64,000 bases of DNA from Hormiphora californensis. Its lineage: Eukaryota; Animalia; Ctenophora. The DNA lies in the NCBI GenBank assembly GCA_020137815.1, contig CM035353.1:2418001-2482000 (forward strand). Direction: 5' to 3'. A program made the position numbers and the translations under genes. Under the pieces are notes generated by a model. The model had not been told where the DNA came from. It did not search any database and was given only the letters and a program-made list of their open reading frames with translations. Below, one piece after another: positions 54,163 through 64,000 of the stretch (position 1 is its first letter; each line of letters opens with the position of its first letter).

Positions 54163-54219
54163 CAGGGAACTCAGTCATCAACTGCCCCCTCAGTGAGTAG
54201 TTGATGACTGAGTTCCCTG
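54163..54219. repeat. 57-bp hairpin (21-bp perfect stem), likely collapsed TIR pair
   Basis: CAGGGAACTCAGTCATCAACT-15 nt-AGTTGATGACTGAGTTCCCTG, followed by two more CTCAGTCATCA copies. Confidence 0.8.
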
Positions 54220-54637
54220 TCTCAGTCATCATCTCAGTCATCAACGGGAAAACGAGAACTCAAATGTGCGGAAATGTTGTTTTTTTTGCGACTTTTTTGC
54301 ACGATCAAATGAAACGCGCGCTTCAGAAAAAAGCCAAGCGCGGCAGAGCTGTTTTTTTAGCGCGTTGCATATTTTGGCAGCGTTGGGCGGTGTCGGTTAA
54401 ATTGTCGCGATTTCAAAATCAAATTGAAAATTTATCCAGCCAGATTTTGACTCCGCTCCAAACTTTGGCATGCGCTGCAGACCCCAAGTGCGCGCGTTTT
54501 CCACGGCTTCTAGGGCCTGTAGCATAGGCCAACTCCAAACTCTAACTCCCGTCCCAGCTCAAGCCTCACTTAGAGTTAAGTAGCCCTAACCCTAATAGGG
54601 ATCCCTAAAAAAGTTCAGTATTTACACAGCGTTTACA

Positions 54638-55427
54638 CAGTTACAATCACTAAACCAAGAACCTGGGGCATCGTCTTGGCTGACAGCAAGACCCATCGAA
54701 GCACATGGACATCACCTGACCAAACAAGAGTTTGTCGATGCGATGCACCTTCGATTTGGATTACCGTTTCTCGATCTCCCCTCCAAATGCCCATGTGGGT
54801 CCAGTAACAGTGCCGATCACGCATTGTCCTGTCACAAAGGTGGTTACACAATCTACAGACACGACCGCCTGAGAGACAACTTTGCTGATATCTTATCCTA
54901 CGCTGGTGTCAGGTCTATAGAAACTGAAAAACTCCTACAACCATGTGAGGATTACGACCAAGAAATGCAGCAATATCCTTGGGCAAATACAGACAGAGAC
55001 GCCCGTATGGACATCGTATGCATGGGATTGTGGGCTCCTGACCAGATGTCCTACATGGATGTCAGAGTCTGTCACCCGATGGCAACTTCTTATCTCAATA
55101 TCAAGCCATCATCTCTGTACAAAAACCACGAGAAGTCCAAGAAGACCTGTTACATGAGACGAGTCCAGATTGTCGAGGGTGGGACCTTTTCTCCACTAGT
55201 GTTTACCAATTACCACAACAGGTGGTGTTGGCCCTGAAATGGACAGAGCGATTAAGAAGACAGCCAAACTGATTGAAAACAAACACGGAGAAATCTACAG
55301 TGAGGCTTTGGCGGCAATCAGAAGGCGGCTCAGATTTTGCCTATTGATAGCCACTCTAAGGTCACTAAGAGGATGCCGTACAAAGTACGCCCCTACAGGA
55401 TTGGAAAATATGGACTTCAATATTTAA
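54638..55427 (+). pseudogene. 3' end of a CRE-like non-LTR retrotransposon: CCHC knuckle + restriction-like endonuclease
   Basis: GASSWLTARPIEAHG...EFVDAMHLRFG, CPCG...DHALSC, RHDRLRD, RMDI...DVRV.HP...HEKSKK.CY..R....EGGTFSPLVF. A 7-bp insertion at ~55203-55209 frameshifts FTTTGGVGPE. Confidence 0.85.
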
Positions 55428-56696
55428 AACCTGTGTGAGACTTTATTTATGTATGGAGGCCCGAAAAACGTGTTGCGACGCGCATTTTGCGACGCGCATG
55501 CGACGCGCATGCGACGCGCACCAAAGTGGTCATTTTTGGAAAAATTGATTTTTTCGATTTTTTTTAAAGACAAGTTTTGACAAGTTTTGACAAGTTTTTG
55601 AAAAGTTTCTAAATAAATCAGGTATGGGTCGCCCCATCCCCATGATATACATGAATAAAGATGTTAGTCTTCTTGGTTGAAATGCGCTACAGCCCTCTCA
55701 TGCGCGCGTCCCCTTGTAAAGAGGCCTGCAGCGTATGCCGAGCTTCTTGGAATTTAACTTTCTACTTTCTAGGTTTTTGAGTTAAAGTTCAATCTGAAAA
55801 GTTGTCATGCGCTGCCGTCTGCAGCCTACCGACAATTATGTGCGTTTCTGATTGAAGAAGATTAGCCTTTTTCCCACGATTTGCTAACGTTTCTATTTAA
55901 TGCCACCTGCCTGGCGCCGCAACCCCATCTGAGCACAAATGGGGATAGCGATGCCGCCATGCAGATGGCCACTAAGGAAGACCTCATGCGGTGAACTGCT
56001 GTATGGAGTGCGGTGAAAAAGTATGAAATTGCCTTAGTTGATGAGTCCCAGAGACCCTTCACACATGGGATTGAGCTGCTCAGGTACGCTCCAACATCTC
56101 AAAATCTTTTCTCTCCAGCGGGGTCGTTAACGATACATGACTATCCATGTCTGGAAGGTTTTTCACGAATTAGTTCTAAACGGCACTGGTATCTTGTGAG
56201 CACACCTGTCTTGGTACCAGAGCAATGGTCCCCCGCTACAATTAGCTCGCTCAAAAATCCATATCTGGCCCTTATGACTTATCATTCGATTTTAAAGGAG
56301 CGCAGATGTGGAATTCCCTACCCCGTGCAGTGAGAGTTGAAACAGTCCCTTGGGTCCTATTTTACTTCGGTTCCAGACAAAACACCTGTTCGTGGCTACC
56401 GGGTGGAGCATAGTTACTCCTTGATTTACTGCAGAAATGATCCGAGTGTTTTCCGTGAGATGGGCGATTCATGAATTATGTTTTCCTTTCTATCAAGATG
56501 TGGCTGATCCTTATATTAAGAACAACTGACTTTTCATATCTGAGTGTTATATTTGTGAATGTTTATGAATGTTTGAAGGGTAGACGGAGCTATGTCGAAT
56601 AGGGTGTCAAAGACAATTAGAGGTTACTGGTAAACAAGGTGAGAGATAGAAAAAAGGGTTTTATTGTAATTGAGGTGTATCTACGTCTACAGTGCC

Positions 56697-59669
56697 ATGG
56701 TGTATTATATGTGCTGCGGTACGAAATTTAAGAACCAGCGGATGTGGAAAAGGCACCGGGGTTCTACACACAACGACAAAATGTTTAGTTGTGGTATGTT
56801 AAACACAACCTTTCCCGCTTCAAATCAGCGAATTGCAATGTACATTTACCAGATCCATGTAAGTAAAGTTACAATTTTCAGTGAGATGTGGGATCAGTTT
56901 CAAATCGGACAACGGACTACGAGTCCACAAGTGTGTTGCCAGCACAATGGTGTTTAAGTGTAATAAGTGTGATGCCAAGTTCCCCCTGAAAGATTCCGTA
57001 AGTTACACAATACACTCCTATCACTTACCAGCTCATTTCCTTTGTATTGATTTGCAAATAGTATGTTTTCCTCCCATTTTGTAATACAGTAATGGGAAAT
57101 TAAAAAAGGTCCATGATTTTTGGTCATTCTGTAACCACTCCCTCCTTCTGTCCGAGCCTATCTACATTTCCCATAACCCAGTTTTTCATTAGCTTATCTC
57201 AGGGTGAAGGAATTATTAAATTTATTCAATGCAATGTAATTAAAGTGATATGCCCCTAGTAGTTGCCAACTGCCCATTACATTAATATTGCAGTTGAAAC
57301 GACACATAAGGAGAGTTCATGAAGGTGTGGGAGAAGGAACTTGTTCCAAATGTTGTGGCCGTTTCAACACAAAAATCTATGCAAAAGAGTAAGTTCTTGC
57401 GTGTTACAATGTAAATGATGTACACATATCATGCCAATTGCCAATAGTAGTATGTAATTATTAGCATTGTGTATGTGCTATATTCAGCTGTACTCACTCT
57501 ATGTCAATGTATATAAAAGTAGTTACTAGTTGTGGATTTGGGGTATTATTTTATGTCATAACAATTGAAATCATTTCCAGGCATGAGAGACGGTGTAACG
57601 GTGGTGATGGTCAAGGTCAAGGTAAGATTGCAATATGGAAGATGAACTTTTTAGAAAATTTGATATTATATTAGAGTAATATAGTCGGACCCCGATTTAA
57701 CGGCCCCCGATTTAGCGGACAAAATCCTTTCCCCCTGAGGGTGACGTTAAAAAAATGTGTAACAAGAGTTTTTCAATGCCATTTCTCAACAAATTTCAAA
57801 TTTCTTGGGATCTTAAGAAAGGGGGGATAGACCCCTTTCATTCGAGAAGTAGGATTTATCATAGGTATGCCGTATGGTTCTTTTTCGTCTGATTTATTTG
57901 TTTCAGGAATATTCAAGATGAAGTATAATTCAGTGACTTACCAATCTGTCAAGGCTAAATTTGGCCAAGTGGTTGGTGGCATCGATGGTTTGTTTAAATT
58001 ACAATTGCACCATAACCACAATGCTGTTCTAATTAATTCGAACCTGTATAAGCAGGCCGGGTATTGGAGTTTTCTCAACGATGTTTCGCTGTTTTCCAAC
58101 TGTTACTCTGTATAAGGTTATTTTTTAATTTTTAGTTACCGCTATTTGGTGGAGGTTGTTAATAAGTTTGTGTATGTTTTACTTATTAATTTAGATGTTC
58201 AAATGATGTAATTGTGCAGGTGGAAGAGGAAGCAAAGATAATGATATGGACATTGACATATCTGCCCCTATTGGTATTGGTATGGACACAGAGACACACA
58301 TGGATAGGGACACAGGTATTAAATCTGGTGCCTGGACAAGTGAATAAGTAGTGATCTTCAAATTTGTAGTATTAATACTATTTGCCTATGTTATTAGTTT
58401 ATTAATTTAGATGTTCAAATGATGTAATTGTGCAGGTGGAAGAGGAAGCAAAGATAATGATATGGACATTGACATATCTGCCCCTATTGGTATTGGTATG
58501 GACACAGAGACACACATGGATAGGGACACAGGTATTAAATCCGGTGACTGGACAAGGGAATAAATAGTGATCTTCAAATTTGTAGTATTAATACTATTTG
58601 CCTATGATATTAGGTCTATGAATTACAATTGACAATGTCATCTTGAACATGTAGAACTGATACTGATCAGCATCAGTCCGGATACTCTAAAAACTCTTTA
58701 GTATTTACAAAACAGAACAGTAGTTCCCGCTGTACTGAGGGTAGACTCTCCAAACTAACAGACTCAAAACTCCTTATGTTTATAGATAACGAGTTTGTTG
58801 TCACTGGTGCAACCGTAACTACCTCTGCAGGGCATGATGTGTTCGGTTAGTTATTTTAAATGAAATTGAGTGCAATTAACTTTGCACCCAGACACATCTT
58901 AATCATTGGTTGTGTCAATCCAGCTGTGTATTGAAGTAAGTCAACATTCCAAACTTTCCTAGAGCGAGCCGAACGGGAGATACGGGGACAGGGGATCTGG
59001 CTTAGCGCTGATGTTGTGAACTGGGCTTTGGATATTATCGTGCCCAAAGAAATCAATGTTATTGACTCGTCACTATATCAGGTAAATCATCATTAACCAT
59101 TCCCGTGTATTTTATTCCATTCACCTATTGTGAGTGTGAAACTTTGGTAATAATGATCCCATGATAGCTCTTTACAATTGTAATTTTTCCGATAGATATA
59201 CAAGGCAAATGGAGAAATACCAGATTGGGCCAGTTTAACGTGGAGGCAAGCTGTTATGGATGGGCAGCATTCCCTATTGCCTGTGTGTGAACAAAATCAT
59301 TGGATACTGCTTGAGTTCGTGGGGGGTCTATGCCACGTTTTCGATTCCATGGCTGGGTCATTGACAATTAGCTCGATATTGAGCAACCTGAATTACAAAT
59401 GGCAATGGTACGAGATGCCCGTCCGACCCCAAACAAATGGTGACGACTGTGGGGTGCACGTAATACAGTTCGCCAGCTGGTGCTCGGGGCACCCACTATC
59501 TGTATCAATGGTTAATGGAAGTATCAGGGAACAAGTGTGGGACATCATAAGGAGGGTACGTGTAACATGTAGTGAAGGGGATGAGGATAACATGGAGTGG
59601 CCCGAAGAACCATACTTTGTCGGTGTCACCGGAAATATACCTGACACAGATGACAACAAATATTTTTAA
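56697..59669 (+). CDS. C2H2/C2HC zinc-finger + Ulp1/SENP-like (peptidase C48) protease, ~397 aa, 9 predicted exons
   Basis: GT-AG exons 56697-56793, 56882-56997, 57294-57388, 57581-57621, 58220-58315, 58436-58531, 58786-58845, 58963-59081 and 59196-59669 join without stops. Four finger-like units (e.g. FKCNKCDAKFPLKDSLKRHIRRVH) are followed by WLSADVVN...NHWILL...VFDSM...PQTNGDDCGVHV. Confidence 0.8.
58183..58615 (+). repeat. 216-bp tandem duplication containing a 96-nt symmetric exon
   Basis: Exons 58220-58315 and 58436-58531 are identical (GGRGSKDNDMDIDISAPIGIGMDTETHMDRDT), phase 1-1. Confidence 0.9.
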
Positions 59670-59999
59670 ATGTGAGCTTGATAATTTTTATATTTATAGA
59701 GATTTGTAATTTTTTACTTATTTTGATATCAAATGAGCTGGTGGCTTTACATTTCATGGATATTTACGTAGCGCGCACTGCCAACCAACCTGAATCATTG
59801 GCGCGAAATGGGAAGCAAATGTCTACGCGCGCAACCTGGATCGATGGAACATTGATCAAGAACATACGAGACATCTCGAGAACACTCCAGATCCAAGTCT
59901 TGGTGACCCCCGCACATAGGTGTCCCTGCACAGGTGTCCCCTCGGCCCCAAAAAGGGTCTTTTCTTTCAATGGATTTCTTTTCACTGGACCGATTTATA

Positions 60000-60326
60000 T
60001 AATATACTGGAAAATACCCGAGAAGTTTTTCTGTCAACAGGAAGTGGGTGAAAACTGCGTCCGAGAGTTTTTGCACCACTCCCAAGCGGTTTGTCGACTG
60101 AGTCTGAAGATATTGGGAGGTAGGTTGAGGCCTTGTGAGTACTGGAAAATATCCGACATCAAATGCTGATGCTAATTGCATCAATATAATATCTCACAAT
60201 ATCTTCTAAACCGCATGGGCGTGGTGCAGAAACTCACGGAATTCAGATTATAGATTTGACTTCAGTGTCAATTTTGACCCACTACTTGGTGACAGACAAA
60301 GTTCTCGGATATTTTCCAGTATATAA
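60000..60326. repeat. Diverged inverted repeat between the protease and YqaJ genes
   Basis: Minus 60000-60092 (AAACCGCTTGGGAGTGGTGCAAAAACTC...CTCGGGTATTTTCCAGTATAT) matches plus 60208-60326 (AAACCGCATGGGCGTGGTGCAGAAACTC...CTCGGATATTTTCCAGTATAT). A third CGGATATTTTCCAGTA lies on the minus strand at ~60140-60155. Confidence 0.75.
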
Positions 60327-60407
60327 GAACCCCTACACTATAAACTTTCCCTCCCCACCAATTTTCAACTCCCATATCCCACACTGTATTTTTGTCAGAT
60401 AGCAGAT

Positions 60408-61493
60408 ATGTTTTCAAGACAAATGTTATTCCAAATATTCAATGATGGTGACGGTAAAATTATGAAAAAAGGTGAAATGGTAAGTTAAAACTGAAAAATG
60501 ACATTAGTAACTAGTGCCATTGTCCCAAAATGTAACGACGTGCATCTAGTTTTTTTTGAATAATTAAAAATTACATGAGAACACTATTATCAAAAATACA
60601 ATTGTCATAAACCCATATATCCAAAACAGGCATATGATGCAAAGGATTTGTTGATGTTCAACTTCAACCCCGCAACTAAAGAAATCAAGGCATCTGTTGC
60701 GGCTTCATACAAACCCAAAGCAGCCTATGAAGTCACGGTATGTTTAAAACTTACTCTAGTTGTTAATAATATTACTAAATTCGGACTCCGATTTACCAGA
60801 ACCCCGATGTACCGGGCAAAACTCTTTCCCCGAGCATGATCTCGGTAAATTGTAGTCTGACTGTTAGATAAATTGAAAAATGTTGATGATTTGAAAATGT
60901 TATCGGATTGTTTTACAGATCAAACTTTCTCAACGGATGGGATCGGATGATCTTGACATAGCCGATTGGGGATGTACCTGCACCACTGGAAGGAGAAAGT
61001 GCCACCATCTCATTCCTCCAATTTTGTTTGTGGTCAATGGAGGGGTCACTTGTACCGACGGCGAGTGCAACTGGAAGAAAGTGGGGGCCAAAAAAACATG
61101 CAACGCAGTACCAATAAAGGCGTAAGTGATAACTTTTTATGTACTGCTTTCATTAATTATATCTTAGATCATGTAAGTTAAAAATGCATAATAAATAAGG
61201 TTGTTATCCTTTCAGCAAACTTAGTCGAAAAGTTGAGAACATCAAGGCCAAATCAAGTTGCCCTACAAATCCGCATGAAATGGCGTTAACTTATAGTAAG
61301 AGGCACCCGGATAGCGGACTTGCCTTCATGACGATGGTTGATCCTGGACATAAATCGTCACCCATCGAGCAGTACTGCATGACACACCTTTTGAAATTGT
61401 GTAAGTTGTGTTTCTGGTCATTCATATGGATATTAGCAGTCTACTTCACTTTGTATCTCTCTCTCTCTCTATTTCTCTCTCTCTCTCTCTCTC

Positions 61494-61588
<95 letters not shown>

Positions 61589-63355
61589 TTACATATAATG
61601 GTGTATATTCCAGATGGTGATAACCATATTCTCTACGAAAAGTTGGGGAGTTTGAGAAATGATCATGTGTGGACCATGACCAATGAAAACAGTCAGTTGT
61701 CTGTTGAAGCTTTAAAGTGGAGAATCACAACAGAAATGTTTCACGAGGTTAACAACTTCATTGAGCACCACCATCAATCTGGTACTCCACCTACTGGTAT
61801 GTACTCTCTACAATTTTACAAGAATAGAAAAGTGGAATATTGGTTGTAACTGTAATTGCTATGTGCTTCGCTTATTCAATTAATGTTTCTTTGATGCTAG
61901 AGAGTGACGTTGAGCAATTGGTACAGAATGTAATTTTGAATCCTCGACGGAAAATACCCTATGCCGCCGCAAAGTATGAAGCGGACCACATCGACCAGGC
62001 AATGAAAGATTATGGGGAGGACGAGCAAGTCAAGGTATGAAATCTGCCCCCCCCCCCCCCCCCGGGCTCTGGTGACTCTCCACTCAACCCAGTCCCCTCA
62101 CCCCATTTTGACTCACCTAAGGTAACCCTCTATTCACAGTTCAAACCCCACATTTAAAACAAATTTTTCACCATTTTCACCTCAAATCCCCACACTCCCC
62201 CTCACCTAGTTTCCTCTCTTAATTTTCATCTCTAAATTTTCTCATTTTCTTACCAGTGGGCTAAGTGTGGTGTCATGCTAGGCCAACACGGATGCTTAGC
62301 CGCAACTTGCAATGGCATAACAGAGAATGGGCAGCTGCTGGTAGTGGAATGCCCTGAAAAAGCAAGGAACGGAGATGTAGGAGATATTTTACGCGACCAT
62401 CTTAGCAAATGTAGATCTTCCACGGAGGTATTATATATATAATATTTTGGGGGGGGGGGGCCCAGTGCCCTGATCTTGCAAATACCCAAAATGTTAATGT
62501 TGCTTATTTGGCAGCAATCTGGACATACTGAAGCAATTTCAAGTAACTGACGACCTTTTTTTAGGGAAAGAAGCAACTGCGGAAGCAAAATCTCCGCAAA
62601 TAAGGCAGATCTCATTGCTTCCACATTGCTTCCTGCCAAACTGAGACATAAATCAATCATTTGAGGAAGCAATTTCACGATTTTAAGGAAGCAATATGGA
62701 AAATTATACGTCCTATTTTTTGAAGATTTTGAAAATCGGGGCACTGGGGGGGGGGGGGGGGGGGTGGTTGTTATGTTCTAACCCTCCCTTTACATTAGTG
62801 CGGGGGCGTGCGAAAAACAGTCTAACCTGGCAAGGGGGTGCAACTCAAAAAATAACCAACCATACCCTGGGTTTCGGAAAAAGTTTGATTCCCCCCCCCC
62901 CCCATATTTTATATTAAATTTATGACATTAAAGTGGTTAATTGCTATTACATACCAATAATTAACTTGCATTTGATGAATGGCCAATTTGGACTCCAATT
63001 GTTACCCAATTCTCCAAGCTGGGAAGTCGGGTAGAATAGCAGAGTAGTACAAATCGATTTTATTATTACTTTTACACGTTGTTTCTTATTTTAGATGGTG
63101 AAAGGAATACCGTTCCTAGTTGGCGGGCCTTCTGGGATAGATGTTAATAGAAGTCACCGGCTGTATGACAAGATTCAGGGTGTCCTTCACCTATTTGGGA
63201 AGCCATCCCTCACCCTGATAGTCTGGTCATCGTATGGGTACTGGACTGATGAAATACCAGCTGAACCCGGCTATGAACTGAAACTGGAAAAATATATTCA
63301 GTTGTTCATGCTAGAGGTTGTGCCTGTTTTAAGGCGAATACAATGCAATGAATGA
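60408..63355 (+). CDS. SWIM zinc finger + YqaJ/lambda-exonuclease-like protein with substituted catalytic residues, ~438 aa, 8 predicted exons
   Basis: Exons 60408-60479, 60630-60737, 60919-61121, 61216-61400, 61614-61796, 61901-62034, 62257-62427 and 63095-63355 join in frame. Motifs: ASYK...YEV, CTCTTGRRKCHH...TCTDGECNW, WRITTEMF, CGVML...GCLAATCNG...LVVECP, HRLYDKIQGVL...LIVWS. Confidence 0.8.
61456..61588. repeat. Intronic (CT)n microsatellite
   Basis: Read directly; lies in predicted intron 61401-61613. Confidence 0.95.
62461..62748. mobile_element. Intronic MITE-like insertion with CCC termini, between G-runs
   Basis: CCCAGTGCCCTGATCTTGCAAA is inverted relative to TTTTGAAAATCGGGGCACTGGG, with internal GGAAGCAA repeats. 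Confidence 0.6.
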
Positions 63356-63488
63356 CTTTTTATACGTACTACTACTAGGCAATTTTCATTTTATAGTTGT
63401 ACCTGGTGATATGTTTAAATAATGATTTGTTTGATATTGGATACATAAACAGAAATGTACAATTACCACTACCAACAGCTAGCTAAAA

Positions 63489-63837
63489 ATGAAGTGTGCC
63501 GTGCCTGGATGCTCATTGGAAGGTACCAATCGTGTTCCAGTAAATCCGGTTTCGCGGCAGTCACTGACCAACATGCATGGGTATGTATGACATTGCATCT
63601 CAGTTAGGTGTACTTTAGTAACTCGGACCACATGATTTTTATTTTTAAAAATATTCTACTCTTTAATGATCAGATATGTCATATTAAATTTATCATATTT
63701 CAGGAAGGTCTTCACCGTCAATATGAGGACATGTGCGAAGCATATGGTTAGAAAACCAAAAGCAAAGGGAGTAATCAAGCATCCTGGAGCTAATATCATG
63801 AACAGCTGGACTGACGAAAATTACCTCTATCTTACAG
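63489..63837 (+). CDS. 5' exons of a THAP-like zinc finger / transposase (continues past the window)
   Basis: Exons 63489-63580 and 63704-63837 give MKCAVPGC...RVP...RTCAKH...WTDENYLYLTG. The C-x4-C/C-x2-H spacing is THAP-like (the usual Trp is absent). D....YLTG resembles the start of the HTH that precedes DDE_Tnp_4 domains. Confidence 0.65.
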
Positions 63838-64000
63838 GTAAGAATTTAAAATTTTATGCTGGTCCAACTAATTAGCAAATAAGAGCAAACTGTACAATAT
63901 TCTAATTTCTAGTACAAAGTTAGAGAATAGGGAGAAAACAGTTTCATTTCCACTTATTAATGGTATGTAGAAATGAAAATGTTTTGTTCATATCCTATAA

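Larger units (their letters stand above)
55455..64000 (+). mobile_element. Large ISL2EU-like (PIF/Harbinger group) DNA transposon, left part; continues beyond the window
   Basis: Starts AT|GGAGGCCCGAAAAACGTGTT, the terminus defined by the non-autonomous copy. It contains SWIM-YqaJ and THAP-transposase genes, the pair characteristic of ISL2EU, plus a ZF-Ulp1 gene. The right TIR is not in the window. Confidence 0.75.

Overview
Animal (intron-containing, AT-rich) genomic DNA made almost entirely of nested transposable elements. I found no recognisable host housekeeping gene. The pogo-type MITE resembles repeats I recall from the ctenophore Pleurobrachia, but that is unverified. Assembly caveat: after a 100-N gap (22217-22316), 23535-47126 is an insertion-riddled copy of 1-21859 that looks like a raw long read, followed by junk-like sequence (47127-~49320). 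About 27 kb is therefore probably artefact. The main biological object is a large DNA transposon starting at AT|GGAGGCCCG (55455) and running off the window. It carries three spliced, same-strand genes: a C2H2 zinc-finger + Ulp1/C48 protease with an intact triad (56697-59669), a SWIM + YqaJ-like nuclease whose catalytic residues are replaced (60408-63355), and the start of a THAP-like transposase (63489 onward). This is an ISL2EU-like layout with an extra protease gene. A non-autonomous derivative (20136-53692, AT TSD) shows both termini, and is itself interrupted by an element with 126-bp CCC-terminal TIRs and a CA TSD, whose empty site is visible at 56303. The window also holds a 9-bp-TSD MITE and the CCC element, each carrying a tRNA-like Pol III cassette; an inverted pair of Penelope-type hammerhead motifs; a spliced hAT transposase remnant; two CRE-like RLE 3' ends; an RTE 3' end with TSD; Kolobok- and pogo-type MITEs; and many local tandem duplications. 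All family assignments are by motif recognition, not database search.
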